DNA of 64,000 nucleotides. Source: Marsupella aquatica (taxonomy: Eukaryota > Plantae > Marchantiophyta). This document shows positions 24,720-43,141 of this stretch, piece after piece. Below the pieces are notes generated by a model. The model was given only the letters and a program-made list of their open reading frames with translations. It was not told the DNA's origin and made no database searches. Where the stretch lies: assembly GCA_973895155.1 (NCBI GenBank), contig OZ316895.1, positions 618,435-682,434 of the forward strand. Direction: 5' to 3'. Numbering within the stretch: the first letter of the stretch is position 1; each line of letters begins with the position of its first letter. The translations under genes were made by a program, and so were the position numbers.

Positions 24720-26515
24720 ATGAGAAAGTCACAAAAAATGTTGTTTTTCACAACTTCTCAAAAAACTCGAAACTCAACACCGCCGCGTAGCCCACAAAGC
24801 TAGGAGTCCAATACTGAAAACCAAAATCAAAATCAAAATTTGACGGAAAAGTTATTCAAATTTCGGTCGAGGTGGGTAAAACCTTGGGAAACTCCCCCGT
24901 TTTGACCACCTCAGGGAATAACCGAAATACCAAGTACAACCCATTGTCGGAATTGCGATGTGATTGGTGCGCTGCATTGCCAACTTCAATGGCTACGACC
25001 TCGCCGAAAAATAACCAAAAAAGTTACCGTTCGGCAAGATGAAATCTTTGTCGGACGGTCAAAAAATAGCTCTCTGGTTTTTTGGAATATTCTATGACCC
25101 TTGTACAGGCCCTGTGGGAATTTTGGAAGAACAATCGAGGGGCTGACATGTGTCCTCGAACCCCCAAAACCCCCTACCACCCTTCGTCGTCGAAATCTGG
25201 TCGCGCGCGCAGAAAATACACACGGCAGAATGTACCCCTCGACACCAAACGCAAGATATCTCACTCGGGTTTTGACGAAATCAAGATCCGATTTCAGATT
25301 TGGAAACTAGACTCCGAGGCGATGAAGATCGATATAAGAAGCACCCAAAACGAGGAAAGAACGAGGGAGAAAAAAATTGGTAAAGATGACAGATTTCTCT
25401 CAATTGCCATAGCCAATTTCGAATCAGTTTTTCAAAGAGAAAAAAATGGTACCTTGTCAACAACGAATGTTGATCAATTGCACTTGGTGCCGTCACCAAG
25501 TCCAACAAGGTAATTGATTTTGCTTAGCCTTCCTCTTTGCATCAAAGAGCCAATCCCGGACTCAAAAACAATCGTCTTGCCTCAATCTCTCCGTTGAGTC
25601 AAAACACTTGACGCTTCTCCCTCCGAGTCGATTGCCAACTTTCTTCACAAAATCCAGAACGACGAAAACTTAGATCTCTCTGCACCACGAGCTCCGTTCA
25701 ACGATTTCTTCACACCGTTAGAAAGCTCTTGCCCTGATCTATCCGTTGAGCCCATAAACTCCAAGTTCCATGCGATGGAACTCTGGAAAATCCACCAACA
25801 CTCAACGCTGGAAAAACCGTCATGAAATCCCGTCACGAACACACGTCACCTCCCAAGCATGCTCTGATACCAATTGTTGAGCATAGACGACGATCGCAAC
25901 GGCAAGCCCATGAACCATCCAACGCACAATAGTCGACACAAGAGATACGTGGTTCACCTCCTTGAGGCTACGTCCATGGGAACACACAAGAGAGCTTTAC
26001 TGAACTCTAAGCCCGTCGGCTATACTGAGTCTCCACAGTGTAAGCTCTCCCTATCTCTCAAGTGGCTCCATAACAATGAGCCTTGGTTCTACCTCTCCAA
26101 GCACACATGCCTCTTATGATATAGTGTGCAACTTAGTTGTACCTAACCACATAGTTGTACCTAATCACGTAGTTGTACCTAACCACGTAGTTGTACCAAC
26201 CCACGTTGTTGTACCAACCACGTCATACCTAACCTAGACGTAAGAGTAAATACCCAACATGGCCAACTGACCAAAGCCAGCTGGTTCTTTCTTGCTAGGT
26301 AGACGATAGAGACCCAGGCCAGCACGAGAGTAGATTTCTTGGATGGACAAATTATGGTTTGTTTGCTCGAATTTGGTGTTAGAGATTTCTCCGCTCAGTA
26401 GGGTGTTAGCCTTCACAGCTCCTTTGTTGGTTACTTTTTTTATCTTTGTTCCTTTGTGTGCTTTTGGTTGGGGACCCCTTGGCTTGTTTTTCTTGGGGCC
26501 CTTTCCCCTCCTTTA

Positions 26516-26837
26516 GGGCTAGGTTCCATGGGGCTGGGAGTAAGGAGTACGGATGCTGTCAGGATTTTTAAGCCAATAAGATTGCAGCTTTTCCAGGGAC
26601 TGAGGCGTGTATAAATACTGTATCAAGGAGTATGATTTTCCCTCACACTCCCTCTTAAACTTCAGGGGTACCCCCTGCCCCTGTGTAAGAACAGTACAGG
26701 GCATTCTCATTGGCTCCCGAGTCAAAATTCATACTTTTAAAATACTATATACACCTTGGCATACGGTGTATTTGGGCCCTAGTTAATGTCAGAGGGAGTG
26801 ACCGTACTCCCTACCCCTGGCCCATGGAACCTGGCCC
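26516..26837. mobile_element. Tourist-like (PIF/Harbinger) MITE, 322 bp
   Basis: ~36-bp TIR GGGCTAGGTTCCATGGG...GGAGTACGG / CCGTACTCC...CCCATGGAACCTGGCCC, with TTA TSD on both sides. Confidence 0.88.
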
Positions 26838-27759
26838 TTACTCTCATTCATGGGGTTATTTTGTCATTGGGATCATGTCTCGGGTTCAGCTTTTTTTGCC
26901 CTTGGGCACTCTGATATATTTCTGGTACTACCCTAGTCATCGTTTTATCAGCTTTTACACGCCTGTGGCGAAACACCATTGCCAAGGTGGGGATCACTCG
27001 CACAAGCTTCTCACCCAAGGACAAGTTCAATTGACATTGGACAATTGCCTATCTGTGATACCTCATGTAAGGTACGTTACACGGCGTTATGCCCCGGATG
27101 AAATCTGATATCGTTCTCAATGAAAGTTCAGCCGCATGCAGTTTGTAGTAATTGTAGCTCGCAGAAAGCAGAAACTCTGGGAGAGTGATAAGTCTTCTTG
27201 TTTATTAACTTACTTTCTGAGACGATATCAGGGTAAGTTGCAGCTTCTTTAGAGTTTCTTCACTGACCAGCACAAAATGGTACCTACTCGCAAACATTAG
27301 TTCCTCCAAGGGAATGGACCTCTGGCAAATCCTTCAAATCATTGCTCTCGTGATTAATGCGGAAGAGTGCCTGGTACTTTTGGGAACACAGGGCCAGTGA
27401 ACATTTTTCAAATCCAACTGAACAATTGCTTCTGCAAAAGTAATTATCAATGACTTGTTGAAAAAATGTTAGTAATACTTGTGCAAGCAATCTGCTTGCC
27501 GAAGTTGCAACGTATTACTCCACTCCTTTCCGAAATTGCAACGTGGAGCATACCCATTCCAACAATTTCCTTAACTACCACTATTGGCATCAGTTTCTGG
27601 AAGATAAGTCATTTTCACAATGACACAGCTATATCGAGGAAAGGACTTGCATATTAAAAATTAATCTATGCAAGTGGTGGCTATCTGAAATCCGCCACCC
27701 CATTCAGCTCCATGTCTCCATCCTGCCCACTTGAAGCTTGAAAAAGACATAGCTGAAGC

Positions 27760-33667
<5,908 letters not shown>

Positions 33668-35011
33668 TCAAAAGCCTTCGATGTGGAAGGCATAATCATT
33701 GCCAATGATCAAAAGTGATCACAGGCTTTGCGTACAAAACATCTTGAGCAAGGCAACTCCGAGAAGGCTACGTCGACTCTATCGGTGCAGGTGGATGTGG
33801 GCCGTCTCTGACTGCGTGACAGGGCTTCCCACATCCTGGGAGAGTGCACAAGAACAGGGTATTTGCTTTACCCCAGGACCAAACATGTAACTCTATATAA
33901 GGCCATAGAGGAGATTCATAAAGTCTCCTAATCCCGGCCGTTCCTTGTTCGAGTATGAGGATAACATTGAACGTCAGGGAATCTGCAAATATCCTACAGA
34001 GTGAAGGCCGTTGGAAAGTTCTTCCTCTTGTTGTGACAGTTAATAATTGCTACATAAACGAGGCATGCGACAGGCAAGTCATAACTCGAGTACTGTAGTG
34101 GGGCTTGGTGCAGTGGTTGAATTTTGCACGTCTGAGATTTTTTAATATGGGTTTTATCGCATTTCAGGAGTAATACGAATCCTGTGACTGAGTAGTGTGC
34201 CTGAGCTTTCGCATCTCGGAGCTTTTCACACGAGTTTTTCCTTGCCTCGTTTCAAGATTTCTTCCACAGGCGAGTCGTAACTCAATTACAGTTATGGGGT
34301 GTGGCTGAATCTTTTCTTGCCTCGTTTCGAGATTACTACCGGAGTTGTATATCACCACATTTGTAGAACTCGTATACAGATTTTAGTCAGAATTAGGCGG
34401 TCTTTGCTAAACGTCAGATGATTCACTACTGTATGCCTCCAATTAGCATACTACAGACTTTGTGGAGGTAATGTGTGGCGTGCCTCCACTGTATTCTACT
34501 CTAATGGGATGTAAACCTCAAACCTACATACACAGTACGCTTTCCATCTGTCCATCTATGACTAGAAAACCCACAGCAGGTGTTTCTCGTTTCTTTTTCT
34601 GAATAGTAACAAGCCAAGTCGGACTGCTGGGGAGCGTCTTTTTCTGGGCAGTTCTACTGTACAACGGAGACTCCAAACTGCCTAGAAAGAGAGTTTAGAG
34701 AAAAGAAGGTTCCCCAGCGACAACGCGTCCGAGCCTCTAAACTCCACTCGAATTTTAGAAAACTTGGGAAGAGAATTACTCCACAAATGCCACAAATGGA
34801 TGGCTTACAATTCACAAGGTCTAAACCAGAGAGGTTTCAGTCCATAATTTCTTGTATTGTCATGTAATCAAATGCAATGCGGTTGATTAAAACAAAATTA
34901 CAAACGTCGAGACGCTGCTCTGTATCGTCGATGTGTGCTCAGTACAGGCAAGATGCGGAACTTCCGGTGCAACCATGTTACGGCTTCCTGATACAACACA
35001 GGACGTACAAC

Positions 35012-35179
35012 GTTGGTGAACTGATGCTGCGTTTCATGCTTGGAGATATGGAGTTCCCCCAATTTAACGGTCGTGCTCTAACAACACAGGATGTCTTTCC
35101 CCTTAAGTTGGTGAACTGTTGGTGCGTTTTTCATGCTTGGAGATGTGACTTTTCCCCAATTTAACGGTCGAGCTCTAAC
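35012..35179. repeat. Direct repeat, 2 x ~70 bp (period ~96)
   Basis: GTTGGTGAACTG...TGCGTTT(TT)CATGCTTGGAGAT...CCCCAATTTAACGGTCG.GCTCTAAC twice. Confidence 0.8.
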
Positions 35180-36541
35180 CTGCGAGGGAAAGCCGGCACG
35201 CAGTTTGGGGCCCATCCACAATAATGGTGTGACTTCGAGAACGCAACTTGTCTTGCCTCCCGCAACAGGACTATGATGAGATCCAATCATACCGGACATT
35301 AACGATAGCGTTGGTCTGCGACCTTAACTGCTACGGAAGTAGACATGGAACGGCAATTCTCTCCTTTTCGAAAGGTACCTCCGGCCCTTCGACTGCACTT
35401 ACATTCTGTCCTTCAAGCATGGCTTACCTTAGGCCGTGCGCCCTTGACAACCCGGTCCAGACGCTCAGACACTGTCTTGCGGTGAAAATTCATTCTGCTC
35501 GATCAATTATTGAAATCTCGACTGAATTTCTTTAACCATTGTCGATCACTAGCGTCACACATCCTTCGTGATTTCAAGGCCTATCTGTCCGTCCAATGAC
35601 GGTACGACATCAAATGCAATACTCCGCCTCCCACGCAGCAAGGTAGCTGAGAGACCCGTGGTGCACTCCTCTTGTCTGAACCCCAAACCCCTAAACACAT
35701 TCCTGATTGGGACTTCTGTCAACTCTCTCCCAGACAGCTTTTTAGATCAAATGATTGACACGGGAAAAGTGTGGAAAGCAACCATAGCGCCCCATGGTTC
35801 GACATTCATTACCTTAGGGAACACGACGAACTAGAAACACGGACATACTCAAACAGTATACATGAATGCGAATTTGCAACCGAGACAATCTGGATTAGGC
35901 AAAGGTTGACAAATACATCAGCCGGCAATTAAGCTTGTTCTTGGCATTGAAGCTCGTAGTTTCAATGGGATATTTTATCATTTGACTGTCATTCCTCGGA
36001 CAATTCGATATATTTCAAGAATTTTCAGACAAAGCAGAAAGGGGAACCGCAAAGCCAGTGCGATTACTTTGCACTGACATTATTTGACCTCTTGTTGACA
36101 TGAATTTGAGAGTGGTTGGAAACTCCCAGAGGTGATATGGACAAAACTTTGACAAACCTACCTGCAGTAAAAGATTGGCACCTAACTTATTATGTTCGGA
36201 TCCCAACCCTTCATATCAGAGGAGAGGCTGCTGATCTCAAACAGATCCCAAGCCCGGCCTTCAGAGTGGCTCATCTACCGTAAGGGTAGGGACATGACAC
36301 AATGTGTGTTACCTGTTAGGCAATACAGAATCAAAAAGACCTACGCAACTGATCCAAAGGTCGTCTCAAGGTTCTCAACATCTATTCGCCGTTAGTGGAA
36401 GGTGCCGCAGCCCACAGTGGTAGACTTCGTTTTTAATTGAACAACTCAGGAAACTACGCCGGACTCCGGTATTTGACTCGAGTGGTATTTGGCTCGAGTG
36501 TGTTTAATGCATCATTGTTGTCACAACTATTTCACAAAATG

Positions 36542-39500
36542 TCAAACAAGCGATTTGACAAACTGATGGAACCCCCAAACTTCAATCGCTGATATATCAA
36601 AGTCCTCGGAGCTGCAAACAATAAGAGCAAGTTGACAGAGAGAATCATGGTAAAGTAGATACTATCAGTGGCGGATCAGAGAAATAAAATATAAAGGTGG
36701 GCAAAAGGTGACTTCCGAATCGGATATAATAAATAAAATAGAAACAAGATAAAATCGTATATCGAAACGACTTCTGGCGGAACAACTTGGCATGAAGAGA
36801 TGAAGTGCCCGAAAGACTATGGAGGGTACACGCATAAATCCAAGATGTATGTCAGGGACCATACCTGGCCAGTGGAGGGCTGCCAAACGTCTCGCATGCT
36901 CCACTATACCCAGTTAGGAGATCGGAGTTAAGCATTATGCTGTAGTGGTCCCTGCAGATACAACAGACCTTCAGTGGAATTAGTCCTGTGAACGTCCACG
37001 ACAATCTTTGCACCTTCAATAAATCCTTCGGACACAAGGAGATCCACAAGGAACAATTGAGAAGTCCCGAGTTGGAAGAAATTTACCCGCCACCAATGGC
37101 AAGTACATCCAAATTGGAAAACATAAACATGCTGTTTGTCCTTGTCCACTTGTACGCTTTCATGTCGGGCACTAGCTGCACAATTTCACAGCATCAGAGG
37201 TAACAGTCAACTTGTACCTTCAGAATGTCAACTGCTCAGAGCGAAATTTCCAGCGAATTCTGAAGCTGTCCTAATCAAGATAATAAATGACTGACAGCTC
37301 TTATACCTGAAATACGAAGCACTCTCCAATTCCATAACTTCGACCTACCACCTTCCATTCCTCGGAAGCGTAACATCCAAAGATCTAACAGCAAGGTCAC
37401 CATACAACAATCAGGACTCAATAAGATGAAACATAAGCCAAGATCAAACATTAGGCAGCTTTTCATGACGAAAGAAGTCTTAGCCTAATTGAAAACAAAG
37501 CCAGTTGAGTGCAGGCTCTATAACTCACTCTCTTGCGAGAATCCCGAACAACTAGGATGGTTGGACCATTCATGTGCACCTTCCGGTACAAAGTGTTCAG
37601 GCTGTAACAGAAAAGACATTAAATTTCAAATCCAGTTTAAGTTGGTGTGCAGAACAATTAGCTTCTGCTGAGATACCAATAGTTGTTTGCTGATAATGGC
37701 ATTCGTGTCCATAGAACACCAAATAAATGTCTACAAACACCGTCACAATTTCTGTTTGATAAAATTGGTGTCCAAAACAATATTTATGATGACTAACAGA
37801 TGGTTAAGGGATAAGAGTCATTGGAATATCCCATCGAAACAATTTGTGTTTGAAGTGGTACACAAACAAACAGGACTTACCTGATACCGTCCCTTTCTGT
37901 ACTGTACAGTAAAGTCCAGTCGTAACTGCGGAATCTCACAGGCAAGACTCCTGCTATCTGTCGGCAAGAAATTAGAGTAATTTTCAAGTGAGACAAAAAA
38001 ATAATTTAATACAACTGGGAAACCATCTATAATACGTGAAGTTGCACACAAGACCATCATAATATCCCCTGCTGCAAGGGCCCCCCACCCCCCGAACAAT
38101 GCAGAGCAAGGGTTCAAATCTTACAGCCATTATGTGGTTATCCATGAGGATGGAAGATTCGCTATCACAATGGGGAGATATTTTCCCCTGAAGTGGGATA
38201 GACTGCATGTCGATGACGTGGTCAACGTGATAATAATTTTCCTCTTCTAGGGTGTCAGCTGCAGAATTTCTTTCATCACCAAAGTTTCTAGCTTGCAGAT
38301 TAGTATGATCCACTGCTTCACCGTCACTTCGCTTTTGAGGTACTAGTTGATGAATGCCTGAGTCTTGCAGATGCACAGAATTTTCCTTCAGATGACCCCC
38401 ACATGCATCAAGGGCAGCTTTAGCAGCTTCGTTCATAGCCATGCTGCTGTGGGAAGCAGATGCCCAAGCATCTAATTTGTTTTGAATGAACTTATACCTG
38501 CATCATTTAGTCGTTCTTTCAGTCTACTGTCAACATCAACACCGAACTTAGCCGAGTTTTAAAGACTTTCTACCACTCGCGTGTTGGCATTTGATACGTT
38601 TTTTTTTCAACTCTTGTTACACTTAATGCTTTGTCCTCTTGTCTCTTACCTTCACCCAATTAAAGTCCCATGATTTTTTTCCGACTCTTCTCTTGACGGT
38701 TATTGGATGAACAACCAGTGCCAAATCTATTTCAAGTAACAAGTATGCATCACAACGCAAAATCATCCATTACGTCTTTCTTTTCCTCGACATCAGGACT
38801 CTCTAATCACGATGCAAGTATTCCATAGATCCAGAATACCCATTTGGTGTCGGTTTGAAAGTTGTACCCAGAGGCAGTGGTCACAAACTTAAGACGTTTT
38901 AATGGGCCGCCTGCTTTCCCTTCCTTCCAGACCACTTCCCAGGTGTGCACCTCGTTCACATAATAATTGTTATGGGTTGGCGAAGAGTCAGAGAATTCCT
39001 CCCTCCAATTTTCCTCTTCTCTTCTAAGTGTACTTTGGTAGTCATCAATGTGAGATCTCGCGTCACCGTTAAGGGAATCACCAGTTGCCTGACTATGCTT
39101 CATGTAATCTGCAAGCCTGCCCGAGAAGTTCTTGTGCAAAAGCTCAGGGGGAATAGTGTTTGCTCGCAGGTCTTCAGGGCTAACGTTCAAGTTCTCTTTA
39201 GACGATTTTCGTCCACCAAGAAGTCCCTTGAGAATATCTGACACACCTTGATGACGGCTCGCTGGCTTGGAGGACTCTGGTACTACCCCTGGGCCTAGAC
39301 AGTGGACCCCCACAAATTGAGCCGCCGTGATCTGTGGCCCATGCAGACCAAAATCAATAACATCAGGCAGATCTACGAGGGCTGCCTGGAGCTGCGGTCA
39401 TGAGAATAAAATTCAGTCAGTAAAATCACAGCGAGAAGTCAAAAGGCTACATTGAGTAGTCTCTCAATTAGTCGCGAAGGAAGAAATGAACACAAAATTT

Positions 39501-39748
39501 GAGTTAGAAGTCGGGCAAGGAGAGAGACACATGGATTTTATTATACTCCAAAACATGGGTGGAACATTGGGTACATGTTATTTGAAGGAGGCCCTGCAAG
39601 GTTTTACCGTTCAAAGGGAAAGAAAGATGAGAAATTCATGAGAAGGGGAACATACCAAGTTAGGGCCCTGAATCAGGAATACTGGAGGTGCTGAAGCGGC
39701 CATCGGGATGCTCAATCTAGTAGCCTTCTCATTACCTTCAAATCCCAT
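36542..39748 (-). CDS. TLDc-domain (OXR1/oxidation-resistance family) protein with a long unassigned N-terminal region; about 9 coding exons (first ATG 39748, alternative 39703; stop 36542-36544)
   Basis: Spliced translation gives LPVRFRSYDWTLLYSTERDGIS|LNTLYRKV..GPTILVVRD|IFGCYASEEW..SYGIGECFVFQ|..YKWTRTNSMFMF..LAIGGG|DHYSIMLNSDLLTGYSGACETFGSPPLA|SSEDFDISAIEVWGF, the canonical TLDc motif series. These small exons are missed by the ORF track. Confidence 0.85.
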
Positions 39749-41037
39749 GATCCCGGTAAGAGAACTTTCTTTTCCTAATAACGTCCTTAGAGATCCTACG
39801 TAAGCCCTAGCCGATCAGCTACAGTAGCCGTTAAGGCTCGCTCTCCTTCAGCTTCGATCTACCACCCACATTCCTCAATCCATCCCTGGCAGTTACGGAT
39901 GCTACTCCACCCGTCTTTTTGTGCCTCTCGTCGAGCTGCTCTTCCCACTCGACGATCAGACAAGCCGTCGGTGAGAACCTCCTACTGTGATTCCTCCTAG
40001 GCTAATCTCTTCCGACTACCGAGAATTTGGAATTCGATTCCGACGTATAGCCTGAAATTTCTGAAAATAAGTGAGCCAAGTGCTCACGACAGCATTGCAA
40101 TGGTGGCTTGATGGATTCGTCAGCTTCCACCTCCTGCTCCTTGTTGTTGCTACCTTTCGATTCCAGTTGGAATCTAGCTGACTACTGTAGCTACTGTAGT
40201 CCAACAACACTGCTCTGTTTCTCCCCTGCAAATCTCTCCCACATCACCCACCTTCCAATTGATCCTGAATCTAAGTCAAAACCTCGAACCTACAACTCCT
40301 CTTGTGGGCGTCGCCACGCTTGCCCCCTTGCTCTTCCTCATCTTCCAAAAGATCCCGAATCCGAATACAAATCCCGTCTTTCGGCTCACCCTTCCTAACT
40401 AACAACGAGATCCAATATCGAGGTTAGCGGAATTGTAGCTCACGAAGTCCCAATGCAAAGACCACACCACTACCACAATCAAACATCTCCGATCCTTCAG
40501 CCTCGTGCTTTTTGCCGCTCACCAAGACATCACAGACAATTCCATTGAATCTGTGGCATTGAGATCCTTACATTCTTCATTTGGATGTGACATTGACCCA
40601 GAATCCAAACGGCGATGAAGCTGACACTCACCATCCCGGCAATGCAGAAGAGGAAGAGCAGAAACGAAGCCCAGAAGGAGCTGAGCTACATGCAGGTAGA
40701 GAGAGGGGTCAAGTTCGTCTCTCACTCCTTCAGCTCGTGCAATCGCTGTGGTGGTGATGGTGGTGGCCGCGGCTAGTCGACAGAGGGCAAGCACAGCTGT
40801 AGTTTGGGTGGGCGCTGAACAAATAGACAACGCGAAAGCAAAAGAAAGAATTGGAAAGCGAAAGAATTGGAAAGCGAAGTAAGGTTTAAACCACCAGTTC
40901 CCATATGAAGTAGTTCAGGAAACCTCTAGTCATCATTTCACAATCGTGCGACATTGAAGCCCAGTTGAAACCCAAAATTGCCAAAATGCTGGGATGGACT
41001 TTGGTGATCCGGGTGGAGCCAGCGAATCCCTCTTTGC

Positions 41038-41180
41038 TGCTCATTTTGTACGTCTTATTGAAAAGACCATTCGAGGTGGTTTCATAGAAACTAAAAAATC
41101 AGATTCTGCTCAATTTGTACGTCTTATTGGAAAGACCATTCGAGGTGGGTTCTAACTAAACAAACTAAAAAATCAGATTC
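41038..41180. repeat. Tandem duplication, 2 x ~70 bp
   Basis: TGCTCA.TTTGTACGTCTTATTG.AAAGACCATTCGAGGTGG...AAACTAAAAAATCAGATTC twice. Confidence 0.85.
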
Positions 41181-41422
41181 GATTTTATGTGAGCTACAAA
41201 GTTGATGTCAAAGGTAGCTTCTCAAAACTTCAGGAAACCCAAAGTGCAGATAGTGAGGGTGGCTTTACAAGATGTTGGGGACACATTCAACTTTTTTTTG
41301 GTACCCAAGATATGATAAAGGCCATTCAATGGGGAAAATTTGCATAAATGTAAACCTTTTCCTCATTTATTTTTTGCTTTTCTTTTTACTCTTTCTGGTT
41401 TTGAGGGGTTTACAATTTTTTA

Positions 41423-41769
41423 CACTGTTCTCACAGTAATTAGTGTTATGCAAGAATTAGTGTTAGTACAAAATTTGGTAAAAATGATTTTGAGTCCAAA
41501 TAACACTAATTTTTGTCAGTTTTCAAAATAGATGTTTTTCAGTTTAGTATAAATTGCTTGTAAAAAATGGATGATCTTTAGTCCAAAGTAACACTAATTG
41601 TTGTGTATTTTTTAAAATAGTTTTTTTCTTTGTATTTTGCCACTCTTAAGACCACAGGAACACTAATTCATCTGCGCAAAATTAGTGTGACTAACACTAA
41701 TTTGTGAGTAGACCCTGAAAATGGGCGCTCTCAAATTAGTGTTAGGCACACTAATTACGGTGAACAGTG
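41423..41769. mobile_element. MITE with TA target duplication (Tc1/mariner-like), 347 bp
   Basis: TIR CACTGTTC(T)CAC.GTAATTAGTGT / ACACTAATTACGGTGAACAGTG flanked by TA. Multiple internal AATTAGTGT/ACACTAATT motifs. Confidence 0.8.
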
Positions 41770-41897
41770 TAGATCTTTTGGTTTTGGGGAACATATTGAG
41801 CCTGGACAACCGAGGAGTTTAGTCTGCCCATCCCTATGGACTGCGTAAAGCCCTGAGTCAGTTTCTCCTTCGTACGATAGGCCTCGTGTAGAACATA

Positions 41898-43141
41898 TTA
41901 ATGAATAGCTCCCAATAACCCCTTAGCTTTGTAGACTTTGCCCAAGGATATTTCCATAATATCATAATTATCACGATTTCCATCCTTGACTCGCCTGACA
42001 AAGTAGGAACAATCTAGGCTAGTGATCATCCCATAACCTATATTCTCACTCACAATATATTCCCATAGCTTACAAGTGATTGCTCGGAGCGTTGGATCAT
42101 TTTGAGAGCACTCTGAGTGTAAGTTAAGGTTCCGCACTTTTGACAACTGGTCTAGTCTGTTGCACTCTACGACTAACACACTTTTCTTTCCCTCCTTCAT
42201 TGTAAGGTCCGGAATTATGCGCCTCTTGGTGTAATCCACGACAATATCTCCACCAGTATTGTGAATCACCGGAGTTGAACTGATTTTTTGCTGGGCAACT
42301 GTGCAAAACTTGAAGGGTGCGTATGAAACAAAACTTTTAAGGATAATGCCAAACATGCTCCTTACAACACCATTGTTGCTACCGTGGGATTTTGGCACAA
42401 GATCAAAATCGTTGGCATTTCTCTGCTCCGATGAGTCAAGTGACTCTACATCTTGGGGGGTTAACTTAGTATATATTTTGGGGTACCACGTGCAATCCTA
42501 GCCTAATATAAACACACCTATTTTATAATGGGAATATTCTAAAAACATTCTCTATTTTCAATATTAATGACCTATTTTACTTTATAAAAGATATATATTA
42601 GAGAATGTTCTACAATTATTGGTCTATAATATCTTCTTTTGCTTCCTACGCTTTTTTAAAATTTAGGTAATTTCTCTGAAAATACCTATTTTGGATCGCA
42701 CGTGGTTTCTAAGATTTTTGATAGTCAACCCCCCGAGCTCTACATCCTTTTGAGCGTCTGCAAATAATTAAGCTTTCCCATTCCCTTACTGTCCCGGGAG
42801 AGTACAACTCATCATCCAGACTCTTACTCCCAGATGAACTGTTGGAAACTGCAGGTTTCTCGGGCAATGTCTGATTAATCCACTCCTTCTAGGACATCAA
42901 TTGTTTCAATTGCAGCAACCACTGGTTTTCCTGCTCCAACAACTCGTTTTCTCGCTTCCACAACTCTTTTTCCTGCTCTAGGCAACAACTCTTTCAATCT
43001 CTTTGCCTTCAATCTGCTGCTTGTCTCTGGCAATAGTGGGTTCTCTAGTTGTTCAATAATACCGCCGATTGTGGTGGCGACTTCCTGCTTCTTCCTCTTG
43101 AGTTTGCGGATGTCGTTATTGACTAATGATAGTGTGTTCAT
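41898..43141 (-). pseudogene. Crinkler-like / PD-(D/E)xK restriction-endonuclease-fold pseudogene, split by a MITE and frameshifts
   Basis: Coiled N-terminal piece, then PGTVREWESL, then IPDLTMKEGKKSVLVVE...KLWEYIVSENIGYGMITSLDCSYFVRRV, which resembles CRN-associated REase domains. The sequence rejoins across the MITE once one TSD is removed. Family assignment is by motif recall only. Confidence 0.5.
42452..42737. mobile_element. MITE with 8-bp TSD (hAT-like), copy 1
   Basis: TIR CTTGGGGGGTTAACT / AGTCAACCCCCCGAG; TSD CTCTACAT at 42444-42451 and 42738-42745. Confidence 0.92.

Larger units (their letters stand above)
19799..26259 (-). mobile_element. Full-length Ty1/copia LTR retrotransposon (Tnt1-like); 5' LTR 25875-26259, 3' LTR 19799-20219
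   Basis: TG...CA LTRs differ by 2 substitutions and a 36-bp repeat indel. TSD TGGCC at 19794-19798 and 26260-26264. PBS TGGTATCAGAGC (tRNA-iMet) at 25861-25872 on minus. PPT AAGGGGAAGA at 20221-20230 on minus. Domain order gag-PR-IN-RT-RH. Confidence 0.97.
19117..26283 (-). mobile_element. tRNA-derived SINE-like element, interrupted by a solo LTR (19276-19619) and a full copia (19799-26259)
   Basis: With the copia removed, the minus strand reads GCTTTGGTCAGTTGG (A-box-like)...CCAGGTTCAATCCC (B-box). The same head is uninterrupted at ~55150-55298. The body is shared with 8290-8782. Confidence 0.7.

Noticed and set aside
19690-26283. Functional tRNA gene (also at 55230-55298)
   Set aside because: A- and B-box-like motifs are present, but I could not build a cloverleaf with acceptor and anticodon stems, and the motif is joined to a repeated body, so it is treated as a SINE head.
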